A DNA stretch of 54,739 nucleotides, taken from the IMG/VR virus record IMGVR_UViG_3300031839_001922, one strand, 5' to 3'. This DNA comes from an uncultured virus (IMG/VR IMGVR_UViG_3300031839_001922). Its lineage: Duplodnaviria; Heunggongvirae; Uroviricota; Caudoviricetes. The notes beneath the pieces are model-generated. The model saw only the letters and a list, made by a program, of their open reading frames with translations, made no database searches and had not been told where the DNA came from. Below are positions 29,047 through 38,511 of the stretch, one piece after another. Made by a program: the position numbers and the translations under genes. Numbering within the stretch: position 1 is the first letter of the stretch; every line of letters begins with the position of its first letter.

Positions 29047-30743
29047 TACATGTCCAATACGTTGTCTAACTCATCATTATCGATATGCTCTCTGACCTTC
29101 AAAAAAGTGTCTAAGTCCATCTCACCAAAATTAACTGGCTCTCCGTTCTTGTCATTTAAAATTTTAGTCGCGTCGTCTAATTCTAGAACGTAATTATGAA
29201 AATTGTCATCGCACACTGGCTGGCCAGCTTTATCAAACGATATATCGAAGTGGTGCTGTAGTTTTGGGCGCACAACATTCCACATTTCGGTACCTGGGTA
29301 CGCTGTGGCGGTAAACATTTTTGCATTTACTCCAGCATGATTAATTTTGTATTGCTCGCTGGTTGGAGCCAGACCGTTGGTCCAAAAATCTTGCTGCCAT
29401 TTAATGAAAGCGACGCTTGTCTTTAAATGTTCTAGTGTTTCTCCTGGGTACGCCATGATCCAAGTACAGTTTCCATGAATCCCAGCTTTCCTGCAGTTTT
29501 CAACAGCTGTAATCATAGTGGTAGGAAAGTCATAATTTTTTCCATTAACTTTTTTTGTTGTTAGGCCATTTTTTAAAATAAACCCTTTCTTTTTCATAGA
29601 ATGCAGCGTATTCGGATCTGCTGATTCTGCTCCGAAACCTATATAGATGCAGCCCGATTCAGCCATATCATATATTCTATCATCAGCCTCATCCATTCTA
29701 GTATGAGTTCCCCACCTAACCTTGTCTAAGCCATATTGCTTAAAAACAGGGACCATTCTTTTAATTCGTCTTTTATCAACTGCAAAATTATCGTCTGGAA
29801 AGCCAATAAAATCTAGGTTGTATTTATCGACGTAGCCTCGCACCTGTTTCGCAATATGTTCGCAAGATCTCATGCCATAGTTTCTTTCTCCTTGCGCTCC
29901 TCTATAACAGAAAGCACAAGCATACGGACAACCTCTGCTACTCACTGTAGTTAGACTTCTTTTCATTGTAAAAGGAGTCGCTGAACTGTTATTCGCTGCC
30001 AGGCCCCACACGGGAGTATTAATATAGTCCTCCAATAAGTTGTGGCCATAAGGGTCAGACTCAAGCAAATGCCAGGCTGGGTATGGAAGATCGTTTAAAT
30101 TTGGCGGACGATCACCTTCGTATTGAAACTTTGACTGGCCATCGATTTCTCCGATGTAATAAGGGCTAAGCTTAGAAGATTTTAAAGCCTTTGACAAGCC
30201 ATGCTCTTTTATTAGCTTGGCATCGTTTAAAATAAGAGGAACAATGTTATCACCCTCTGATCTGCCAATAGCGTCAAGCTCTGGAATCCATTTAAACAAA
30301 CCAGTTTTAATTTCAGTTGCTAGGCCGTTACCGGTAACTAGAAAGCAGTTTGGCAAATGTTTTTTTACGACCTTCGCCATTACTTCTTGCCATCTTAAAG
30401 TAGTAATTTTGCCAGAAAAAGCAATAACATCTTGCTCGCCAACGTTACTTAAGTGCTTCAAAAAAAGGTTTTCTGCCTCCTGATACGTTAGGTGTCGGCC
30501 GTTTGGTAGGCCTCTTTTTTCTGAGTCGGCATCTACTATTCTATAGCCATTTAAATCAATAATATGTGCAGTTGCTCCATATCTTTCTGATATGGCTGCC
30601 AGAAGCCCAGGGCCTTCAGGCGGCACATTTGGACGAGCAGCTTCTCGCAAGGGCATGTTAATAAAAGTTATGCTTAATCCTGCAAACTCGTTGCTTTTGA
30701 ACAGATCCTGCTGTTTGTTAGTTATGGCAAATATATTTTTCAT
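29046..30743 (-). CDS. Cobalamin-binding radical SAM enzyme (class B methyltransferase-like)
   Basis: SRGCPYACAFC (CxxxCxxC), DDNF, GAES, PGET and PGT motifs; N-terminal B12-binding-like region (PPEGPGLLAA..SEGD). Confidence 0.88.
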   Translation of the reverse strand: MKNIFAITNKQQDLFKSNEFAGLSITFINMPLREAARPNVPPEGPGLLAAISERYGATAHIIDLNGYRIVDADSEKRGLPNGRHLTYQEAENLFLKHLSNVGEQDVIAFSGKITTLRWQEVMAKVVKKHLPNCFLVTGNGLATEIKTGLFKWIPELDAIGRSEGDNIVPLILNDAKLIKEHGLSKALKSSKLSPYYIGEIDGQSKFQYEGDRPPNLNDLPYPAWHLLESDPYGHNLLEDYINTPVWGLAANNSSATPFTMKRSLTTVSSRGCPYACAFCYRGAQGERNYGMRSCEHIAKQVRGYVDKYNLDFIGFPDDNFAVDKRRIKRMVPVFKQYGLDKVRWGTHTRMDEADDRIYDMAESGCIYIGFGAESADPNTLHSMKKKGFILKNGLTTKKVNGKNYDFPTTMITAVENCRKAGIHGNCTWIMAYPGETLEHLKTSVAFIKWQQDFWTNGLAPTSEQYKINHAGVNAKMFTATAYPGTEMWNVVRPKLQHHFDISFDKAGQPVCDDNFHNYVLELDDATKILNDKNGEPVNFGEMDLDTFLKVREHIDNDELDNVLDM

Positions 30744-30787
30744 AGTGTTTTATTACAATATAAGAACTTATGTGTTTTTTGAAAGAC

Positions 30788-31597
30788 TTATAAATAAGTT
30801 CTACCCGAAAGGGGATTGCTTACTTTATTGTAAATAATATTTTGAGAAGTAAAATTACACTCTGCGGTAGAAAAAAATTCAAATTTTTTAGTCGGAAAAT
30901 ACTGGCTTAAATATTGATCCCATAAAATTTTCATGTGCTCTCCTTCGTATTTCATCCGCAAGTCTTTCCACTCAGGCGTTAGGTATTTAGGCGGATCAAC
31001 ATACCAACTTTTTTTAATTTTTAAGTTTTCGTAAAAATCTATTCCAAAATAAACGATATGGTCTGCATGCAAGCTACAAAGTGCATACAAAGTAGCGTAA
31101 TAACCACAATTACAAACTAGCTTCTCTTTGTAGACCTCCGGCAAGTATTTTTCAGCACTTTCGGGCATGTGATGTATTTTTAGGCCTGAAGGTGTGCGCA
31201 TTTCTGGTTTATTTCTGCCTTTAGGGCCTCTCCAAGCAAACAAATATGGCTCATCTTCTGGTATATAAGGGAGCCTATCTAGCGTATTCAAGTGGCCGCC
31301 ATCGTTGTGTTTTCTTTGCAAATCTTTATGTTTTTGCCATAAATCCCAGTCTGGCTTAAAGCGATTAGTTACGCACTTCTTAACGCCAAGTGCTTGTGTT
31401 ACATGGGGCCCAAATCCAGCATTGTTAATATTGCAAATTATATGTGTGTTTTTTGGCTTAATTAAAGGCAAAAGCTCTGCATCTTCCACTGTTTTGCTGT
31501 GATCATTAACTAATACAACATCTGTTACATCAGACATGTCATAATTTTTTAATTGCAAAATTGATGGGCCGCGGCCGAGTAACGCCACTTTTTTCAT
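30788..31597 (-). CDS. Putative nonulosonate (sialyl)transferase-like protein (GT29/GT42/Maf-like fold)
   Basis: VALLGRGPS, VLVN and YFGIDFY motifs; near neuA/neuB-like genes. Confidence 0.6.
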   Translation of the reverse strand: MKKVALLGRGPSILQLKNYDMSDVTDVVLVNDHSKTVEDAELLPLIKPKNTHIICNINNAGFGPHVTQALGVKKCVTNRFKPDWDLWQKHKDLQRKHNDGGHLNTLDRLPYIPEDEPYLFAWRGPKGRNKPEMRTPSGLKIHHMPESAEKYLPEVYKEKLVCNCGYYATLYALCSLHADHIVYFGIDFYENLKIKKSWYVDPPKYLTPEWKDLRMKYEGEHMKILWDQYLSQYFPTKKFEFFSTAECNFTSQNIIYNKVSNPLSGRTYL

Positions 31598-32022
31598 TTA
31601 TAATCCTCTATGTAGTCGCTGCACACTGCAGTGCATACAGACAGATCTCCATTATACCCCATCTCCGGCAATACGCATACTGACCCATTTACAAGCTTTT
31701 TGTTTGGAAAAGTCCAAATATAGTTTTTTGACGTTAACGTTACATCATCTACATTGTGAAAAAAACAATGCACACCAACAGATAGCAACGCCAGGAGCGC
31801 ATCTACACTTTTACAATGACACCAAAATTTCTCATTTTTAAGATATTCTAGCGAAACTTCTGTTTCTGGCTTGTCGTGTCCGAGAAAATATTTTCCATCT
31901 TCTAGCCACACATCTATTTCTACATGATAGCCCGCAGCTAAAGCAGCGTCGATATATTCCACTGTATTTTCTAAACTAGGCTTTGGGCCAGAAAGATTAC
32001 CCCTGTGTGATATCAATATCAT
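31594..32022 (-). CDS. Short glycerophosphodiester phosphodiesterase-like protein
   Basis: ISHRGN, ENT, VEIDVW, LGHD and HCK motifs. Confidence 0.75.
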   Translation of the reverse strand: MILISHRGNLSGPKPSLENTVEYIDAALAAGYHVEIDVWLEDGKYFLGHDKPETEVSLEYLKNEKFWCHCKSVDALLALLSVGVHCFFHNVDDVTLTSKNYIWTFPNKKLVNGSVCVLPEMGYNGDLSVCTAVCSDYIEDYK

Positions 32023-32023
32023 T

Positions 32024-32713
32024 TTAAACTCTATTCAAATAATGCCATCTGACTAAAGGAGTGTCAGAAGATAGCTTGCCAGGGGCTCCGGTCCACTCTC
32101 TCTTAAATTTATATTCCAAGCACTGATGCAGGCCGGTTTTTAGCAAGTGCTTTCTAGCTAGCTCATGATTGCTATCAATATGAGGTTGATAATCTTTGTC
32201 ATTAAGATTATCGTATAGTTGAGCAAATTGTATCATGTTCTGCTGATTTGAAAAAAACCACAAATCGTTTATAAGCTCCAAGTCTCCTTTTTTAGGGCCC
32301 GGAGGCCCTTGAGCGTAAAAGGTATCTTTATCGTACTCATCAAACTTAAAATCAACTAGCATCGCGATGTCAAATCTAGTTAATAAAATAAAATCGTAAT
32401 TTTGACCACTATTTTTTACTAAATCTATCACTTCTTTGGTCGATTTCCACCGACAAAATATAGCCTGCCTTCTGGGGTTCTCACTAAATTGTGGCTGCTC
32501 TTCGACTTTATAAGATTTGGGATTATAGGTTGAGACTAAATTGTTCTCTTGGTCAACACTCCATGTGTGAAAAAAGATGTCGACTTCGTCATTGATGTCA
32601 ATCACTCTTTCTTTAAAGTGATTAAAGCCTATTTTATAGTTAATTATTTTTTTGCCATGGCCATATTTATCGTCTGTTCCAACAAGACCATGTAAACATA
32701 AGGCAATTTTCAT
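32024..32713 (-). CDS. Hypothetical glycosyltransferase-like protein
   Basis: MKIALCLHG, DIFFHTW, YDFILLTRFD and NDLWFFS pattern, typical of uncharacterised glycan-cluster proteins. Confidence 0.55.
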   Translation of the reverse strand: MKIALCLHGLVGTDDKYGHGKKIINYKIGFNHFKERVIDINDEVDIFFHTWSVDQENNLVSTYNPKSYKVEEQPQFSENPRRQAIFCRWKSTKEVIDLVKNSGQNYDFILLTRFDIAMLVDFKFDEYDKDTFYAQGPPGPKKGDLELINDLWFFSNQQNMIQFAQLYDNLNDKDYQPHIDSNHELARKHLLKTGLHQCLEYKFKREWTGAPGKLSSDTPLVRWHYLNRV

Positions 32714-32716
32714 ATT

Positions 32717-33436
32717 TTAATCCCTGTGGTTATCCAAGAAATATTTTAGATCTTCAGGAGTGCCCAAGCCCCACATTTTGTGTACGTAAAACGGTATCAG
32801 ACTTTTTCCATCAGATATTAGTTCATTATACACGGGAGCTATGTAAAACTCATTGTTGACTCTGACATTCTTTTCGATCATTTGCTTGGCATATTTTACA
32901 AAGTCGGCGCCGCGGCGGTACCAGTATATTCCACATGTAGCGATATTAGAAATTGGTTTTTTTTCAGCCACCTCCGTAACGAAGCCACGAGAATTAGTTT
33001 TAACAAAAGACCATTTTGGGTGAACTGCATTGAAGGTGAAAACTATAGAATCAGCAGCGGTTAAATTTTTTAAAGTTACAAAATTTTCTGGCTCATAATC
33101 TATCCACTGGTCGGAATTAGCAATTAATAAATCCTCTGAATTATCAATAAATTCTTCCGCAAGAAGCGCCGTGCAAGCGGCCCCCTCTGTCAATTCGTCA
33201 ACCAATATATATTTACACCTATCATTAGTTATTCTATGCAGTGTGTCCAAAAGTCCGTCATATCTCTCCACATGCTCTTTTCTAACTAAAAATATATATT
33301 CACAGTCAAAGTCTAAATTTTCGACAACACTTTGTACCATGGGTTTTCCAAAAACATTAATTAAAGGCTTAGGAAAGGTATATCCTTCTTGCGCAAAACG
33401 ACTGCCTTCGCCGGCCATTGGTATTAGTACTTTCAT
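32717..33436 (-). CDS. Sugar/polyol-phosphate nucleotidyltransferase
   Basis: IPMAGEGSRF..PKPLI, ANSDQ, VAEK, NNEFY and GLGTPEDL motifs. Confidence 0.88.
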   Translation of the reverse strand: MKVLIPMAGEGSRFAQEGYTFPKPLINVFGKPMVQSVVENLDFDCEYIFLVRKEHVERYDGLLDTLHRITNDRCKYILVDELTEGAACTALLAEEFIDNSEDLLIANSDQWIDYEPENFVTLKNLTAADSIVFTFNAVHPKWSFVKTNSRGFVTEVAEKKPISNIATCGIYWYRRGADFVKYAKQMIEKNVRVNNEFYIAPVYNELISDGKSLIPFYVHKMWGLGTPEDLKYFLDNHRD

Positions 33437-34044
33437 CCTAAATGCTCCTTAAATAAAGATATATTCACTTCGTCCGGATTTTTTACTACAAGCACTTTGC
33501 AGCCTGAAGCAATTGCAGCTTGTACACCTTTTGGAGAATCCTCTACTATTATAACATTTTCTTTATCAAAATTAAAATGATTTACTAAAAAATCATACCC
33601 CTCCGGACTAGGCTTCGGATTTTGGACGTCCTCGTTTGTTAACAGCTTATCTAAACTATCTAATATTCCAGTTTTTTCAAGCATTAGCTGCGCGGTTTTA
33701 CGTATACTGTTTGTAAAACATGCGACTATACAATCATTTTCTTTTAAATCATTAATCATTTTTATCTTTTCGGGTCGCCGACTAGCCTCCACACTAATAA
33801 TTTCAAGAGTAAATTTTTGCTTTAGATTGTTGATTTTTTTGTGTTGTATGGGGCTAACAACACCCAATCTTGTTAGTTTTTCTAATTTAACCTTGGTAGG
33901 CAGACCGTTATAGTCACGATAGTGATCCTGCAAAGATATCTCGTAATTGCAAACTTTTTTTAACGCCTTGTTCAAAGCCAATCTGTGCCACTCGCATGCA
34001 TCAACCAAAACTCCGTCAAGATCAAATATAACCAACTTCTTCAT
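33433..34044 (-). CDS. HAD-superfamily phosphatase
   Basis: FDLDGVL, TNS, KPSP and VEDS motifs I-IV. Confidence 0.9.
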   Translation of the reverse strand: MKKLVIFDLDGVLVDACEWHRLALNKALKKVCNYEISLQDHYRDYNGLPTKVKLEKLTRLGVVSPIQHKKINNLKQKFTLEIISVEASRRPEKIKMINDLKENDCIVACFTNSIRKTAQLMLEKTGILDSLDKLLTNEDVQNPKPSPEGYDFLVNHFNFDKENVIIVEDSPKGVQAAIASGCKVLVVKNPDEVNISLFKEHLG

Positions 34045-34952
34045 TCTACGCCGTATTTTTTGAAATATAAATCATTTGCAGACCCCCAGTTAAACCAGCC
34101 GGGAAAATTTGTTTCACCTAGATTTCTGCGCTGGTGCACTGGCTTGGCAATCTTCCAAGGGTTAAATATTGCGACATGCTCTGCGCCTGAAAGAGTCGCT
34201 GCCCACCAAGAAAAAGTACTATTATGCACAATAACCTGGTTAAAACTTCGAAGCAAATTAAAGTCGTCAATGAAGCCACCCCTTAAGCCACCAGAGCCTT
34301 TTATGGTTTCTGCATTGTTGCAGTGCACAATCGGCTTAAGATCGGAAAAACCCTCTATAAGGTGGTTCATGTATTCTAGAGATTGCTCGGGGTCGACCCA
34401 CGGCGAATTTGTTGGAGGATTTGGGCCAATTTGTATTTCATGCCTGATCTTTTCTATGTCCTCTAAATTATAGGGTGTCCATTTTTCAGCGTCTGTTACA
34501 ATGTGAAGGTTGTCATAATCAAATTTTTGAATAGCGCTTATGAAAGAGTCTGCGGTTATATGATTTTTGTTATGACTAACCTGTATTAGTCTGTTTTGCA
34601 ATCTTAAGTGTAAAATCAGGTCTTTATTGTTGGTTTTTTCTACAGGTGTAAACCATGTGCGTATCTCATCTAAGTGTGGCCTAAGTATTCTATAATCCTC
34701 AAAATAGCCGTTAACGACTACATTTTGGTTTTCAAAAGACTCCGTAAAAAGTGCTTTCTTATAATTGCTGTCGTTTACATAAACTGTAGGCAATGAAGGA
34801 TCAATAGGCGACGTCTTAGCTGAAATTCCAACTTCCTCTAGTGCAGCATGTCGAAGCGACAAATTGTTTTTTTGCGCCAACAAGCGACCACAGGCATATT
34901 GAAAAAGATTATTTCCAAAGCCTATAGTAAAATTAATAGCAACGGTGCCCAT
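34041..34952 (-). CDS. Glycosyltransferase family 11 (alpha-1,2-fucosyltransferase-like)
   Basis: GFGNNLFQYA, GYFED, LHLR and NSTFSWWAA motifs. Confidence 0.85.
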   Translation of the reverse strand: MGTVAINFTIGFGNNLFQYACGRLLAQKNNLSLRHAALEEVGISAKTSPIDPSLPTVYVNDSNYKKALFTESFENQNVVVNGYFEDYRILRPHLDEIRTWFTPVEKTNNKDLILHLRLQNRLIQVSHNKNHITADSFISAIQKFDYDNLHIVTDAEKWTPYNLEDIEKIRHEIQIGPNPPTNSPWVDPEQSLEYMNHLIEGFSDLKPIVHCNNAETIKGSGGLRGGFIDDFNLLRSFNQVIVHNSTFSWWAATLSGAEHVAIFNPWKIAKPVHQRRNLGETNFPGWFNWGSANDLYFKKYGVE

Positions 34953-36055
34953 TAATCCTCCTCCCTGACCTTTAAGTTAAACAAGTCTGGGTGGGAGTTT
35001 TCTAGTTCTTTTACAACTGCTTCTGATTCAACAATGTCTACTTCAATCCCGTTCTTTGCCAAGGCTTCTGCGTATTTTAACTGTTGAGATTCCTCTAAGA
35101 TAACAGTACCCTTTTTGTAAGTAACAGAATCAGTCTCATATTTTTTCTGCCCTGTCTGTAGGAAGGTTTCTACTTGAAAATCTAAGTGCTTTTCATTAAT
35201 GGTGTTAGAGGCTACACAAAGATCGTGCGGCATCTCATTGTTTTCTGCTAATCTGATCATAGCTCTAGTATCTCTGGGGAAGCAAGGCCCTCCCCAGCCA
35301 AAGCCGTATCTAAAGAACTTGTTATTAATTCTGCTATCAGACCCAACAGCTTCTAAAACCTTTGCAGGATCCGCACCGATCTTAAGAGCAAGGTCGCCGA
35401 CCATATTGGCAAAAGAAATTTTACACGTCAAATAGCAGTTAAGAGAAACCTTGGTCAATTCAGCACTTAATCTATCCATACAATGTATAGAAGGCGAGTT
35501 GTCGCATGCTCTAGTATACACTGCCTCTATTTGGCTGGCTAATTCAGGTGTGTCACTTCCGATGTACACGCAATCGGGCTCAGATTGATTTTTTAATATT
35601 GTTCCCTGAGCGATTGTTTCCGGATTAAAACTGACATCCCAATTAAAGTCAGCTAGTCTTTCATAAACAGTATCAGAGTATCCCGGGTTTACATTCGTGC
35701 AAACAACAAGATGTTTTCTATTTTTTTGTTTTCCTAGGCTAATCAAGGAGTTAACTACTGAATCGACCTGTGAGACATCGTATCTTCCATCAGGCTCTGA
35801 AAATGATGCAACTGTAACAAAAATTATATTAGCGTGTTTAACTGCTGCAGATATATCGCTGGTTGCCAAAAAATTTTTGGCGCGCGCTAGCATTTCATTA
35901 ACTCCAGGCTCATGTGAAAAGAAATCTCTATTATTTATTTTATCTACATATTCTTCTAAGATATCGTGCCCTACAACTTTGTACCCAGCTCTTTCAAGAG
36001 TTAGGCAAAAACATAGTCCTAGACGGCCAATACCAATCACTGATAAAGCATCCAT
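34952..36055 (-). CDS. UDP-glucose/GDP-mannose 6-dehydrogenase family protein
   Basis: Start re-called at ATG 36055 (TAATG overlap). GIGRLG, NPE, AELTK..N, KISFAN, DSRI and GWGGPCFPRD (catalytic Cys); short C-terminal domain. Confidence 0.88.
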   Translation of the reverse strand: MDALSVIGIGRLGLCFCLTLERAGYKVVGHDILEEYVDKINNRDFFSHEPGVNEMLARAKNFLATSDISAAVKHANIIFVTVASFSEPDGRYDVSQVDSVVNSLISLGKQKNRKHLVVCTNVNPGYSDTVYERLADFNWDVSFNPETIAQGTILKNQSEPDCVYIGSDTPELASQIEAVYTRACDNSPSIHCMDRLSAELTKVSLNCYLTCKISFANMVGDLALKIGADPAKVLEAVGSDSRINNKFFRYGFGWGGPCFPRDTRAMIRLAENNEMPHDLCVASNTINEKHLDFQVETFLQTGQKKYETDSVTYKKGTVILEESQQLKYAEALAKNGIEVDIVESEAVVKELENSHPDLFNLKVREED

Positions 36056-36867
36056 TACTTGCCTCCCCAAGTGTATATTTTGTGTTTCTTTCTACACAAA
36101 TCTTCACCAAATATTTTAAAATTCTTGTAATCACATATTTTTGATTCAGTTCTGCGCTGTCTTTCAGGCGCAGTGTTGTGGGTTATGTAACCTCTCTTGG
36201 CTTTAGACAATATTTTCTCTATGTAAACATCTTGTGTGTCATAGTTGCATTCTGAAAAAGCATAATTACTGATGACTAGATCTATTTCTACGTTGTCTAG
36301 CTTTTCTAGTTCTCCAATTTTAACTGGACAAAAATTATGTACATCTGTTGCTGATGTGTATTTGGCAGCTAGCGCTAGCGGCTCGTCAAGATCGATATCA
36401 TAATAGTTGGCAAAATCTTCTTCTAAAGATATAACTTTGCAGAGGCCTCCGTAGCCCCCGCCAATTTCCACTATATTGTATCCTTGAAGACTTCCGAAAG
36501 TGGTCTTTAAATCACTTAATACTTTTATGTAACGGGCAGTAGTTGGTGACATGACAACATTAAAATTATTATCTATTTTATGAACTAATGGAGTGCCTAT
36601 AGAATCATTACCATCAGCAAACTGTTGCAAGTTTTTTAATAGTTTTGGGTTATTATTAGCAACGTTAGTTAAGTAACTTTGCCCTAATTGCACGGGCACG
36701 TGCTCCAAGATAGTTTGAAACGCGGGCGTTGATTTAAATCTGCTGAAAACTTCTTCATTATCAACAGCTAGCTGGCACGTGCGCACATAATCATGTGCCC
36801 ATGCTTCTCCGGCGCGCCAACCATAAAACTCATCTTTTTTAAATTTTCGCTCTTTTTCTTTACTCAT
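36055..36867 (-). CDS. Putative sugar O-methyltransferase (class I SAM-dependent)
   Basis: IVEIGGGYGGL, DIDL and ISNYAFSE motifs; inside the glycan island. Confidence 0.78.
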   Translation of the reverse strand: MSKEKERKFKKDEFYGWRAGEAWAHDYVRTCQLAVDNEEVFSRFKSTPAFQTILEHVPVQLGQSYLTNVANNNPKLLKNLQQFADGNDSIGTPLVHKIDNNFNVVMSPTTARYIKVLSDLKTTFGSLQGYNIVEIGGGYGGLCKVISLEEDFANYYDIDLDEPLALAAKYTSATDVHNFCPVKIGELEKLDNVEIDLVISNYAFSECNYDTQDVYIEKILSKAKRGYITHNTAPERQRRTESKICDYKNFKIFGEDLCRKKHKIYTWGGK

Positions 36868-37771
36868 TTACTTGTACCGTCTTTAATATATTATAATATT
36901 CTTTTGCTACTTTTGTCATTGTAGTTGGGCCTTCATATGAATTTTCTGTCTTTTTATTATAGTCTAGCTTAGGGGGAATTTTAATATCTAAAAAGCCAAA
37001 ATCCCACTCGTCTTCTTGAATTAAAATGGCGCTTTTGCCGGCAACCTCTTTTGTCCCGCCGCTTGAAGAACAAATTACTTTGCAACCCATCGCTGCAGCG
37101 TCAACCACGACGTTTGGGCAATGATCTAAATATGCAAGATGTATAAAATACTTTGACATTTTATAAACAGTCAATAATTTTTCAATTGAGAGATCCCCAG
37201 CGTATATAATTTTTTTGTTGTTTACAAGATAGTCCGGATTTGAACCCGCAACCACAAGACAATCATTTTCTCCGGAGTGTTCTAAAAAATAATTTATATT
37301 ATCCTGCAATCTTTTAAAAGCATGCCAACTAGCCGCGCAAGACCAGACATTGTCATATTTTGATAAAAGGCTTACCACGTCTTGATCGACAGCAAAGCTA
37401 TCTAATGCTATTTTATCACTACCGTTTCTTATGACTTGATAATTGCTGTGTGGCCCAAACCATTTAAATATTAAATTTTTGTTGAAGTCTGTTTGAAAGA
37501 CAACAGCATCAGCCATATCATAGGTTCTTTTGATATTTGAATTCATGCGCTCACAATTGAAATTGGCATTAAAATATATTCCGTCTAATCTTTGTACCAA
37601 TGGTGTGTTGTTTTTTGCAGCATGAGATTCAATAAAGCAAAGCCTTGCATCATATACACTAGAAGAATCAAATCTAACGCCCCTTAGAGAAAGATAGTTT
37701 TTTAATTTTCTCGCAAAGTAGTTAGGTCCGGAATTTGAACTTAAATTAACATTCTCTAGCAGTACGTTCAC
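36860..37771 (-). CDS. Glycosyltransferase, GT-B (GT4-like)
   Basis: SGPNYF, QRLDG and DHCPNVVVDAAAMG..SSGGTKE motifs. Confidence 0.82.
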   Translation of the reverse strand: MNVLLENVNLSSNSGPNYFARKLKNYLSLRGVRFDSSSVYDARLCFIESHAAKNNTPLVQRLDGIYFNANFNCERMNSNIKRTYDMADAVVFQTDFNKNLIFKWFGPHSNYQVIRNGSDKIALDSFAVDQDVVSLLSKYDNVWSCAASWHAFKRLQDNINYFLEHSGENDCLVVAGSNPDYLVNNKKIIYAGDLSIEKLLTVYKMSKYFIHLAYLDHCPNVVVDAAAMGCKVICSSSGGTKEVAGKSAILIQEDEWDFGFLDIKIPPKLDYNKKTENSYEGPTTMTKVAKEYYNILKTVQVNE

Positions 37772-38511
37772 AAAACCTCCAAACGAACATAAGGCTTGCG
37801 ACCTCTAATGTCTCTCTCCGTGTCTAGTTGGTCCTTTCTATTTACTAAATCATCTGCTAAAGGGTTCATTCTGTTATAACAGTACAAAACATCCGTTAGA
37901 GACAAGGAGTGCTCGGGCCCGGCCATTTCTGCTAGTGGCCACATTATTGCCTGGTCGCTAGTGGTTGAGAAATACTCACCTTGCTTGTTCATGAAGTCTT
38001 TTTTCTTAATTTTATCAAACAATTTTTTTCTAAAAGTGCCTAAATGAGAAAACTCCCAAGATTTTGTTCTTATATTGCCGTTCCAGTAGTTTTCGGAGAT
38101 CTTTGGACTTACTACAACGTTTTGAGGCACTATTATGTAGGAGCCGTTCGTCATCCACACTTGTTCTGTGTAATAACTGTTCAGTTTTGACAAAACATGT
38201 TCGTCAAACAACCAATCATCCCCGTCAACGATCACAACAATTGTATCTTCTCTAAATTCGTCGTTTGCAGCACAAATATTGTACATTTTGCCCTTATTGA
38301 ACGAATTTTTGACTATTTTCTTGTTTTTTCCGTTAAAATCGTTGTTTTTAAAGAATTCTAGGCATTCTTCATACGTCCCATCGTCTGAACAGTCGTCGAC
38401 GTAAAAAAGGTCGTAATTATCGTATTTTTGACTAAAAATGGACGATAAATTGTTATTTACCCACTTTTTTGAGTTATATGATGGAACAAAAACAGTAAAA
38501 TGGTTATGCAC
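37768..38511 (-). CDS. Glycosyltransferase family 2
   Basis: VPSYN, VDDCSDDGT and VDGDDWL motifs. Confidence 0.88.
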   Translation of the reverse strand: MHNHFTVFVPSYNSKKWVNNNLSSIFSQKYDNYDLFYVDDCSDDGTYEECLEFFKNNDFNGKNKKIVKNSFNKGKMYNICAANDEFREDTIVVIVDGDDWLFDEHVLSKLNSYYTEQVWMTNGSYIIVPQNVVVSPKISENYWNGNIRTKSWEFSHLGTFRKKLFDKIKKKDFMNKQGEYFSTTSDQAIMWPLAEMAGPEHSLSLTDVLYCYNRMNPLADDLVNRKDQLDTERDIRGRKPYVRLEVL

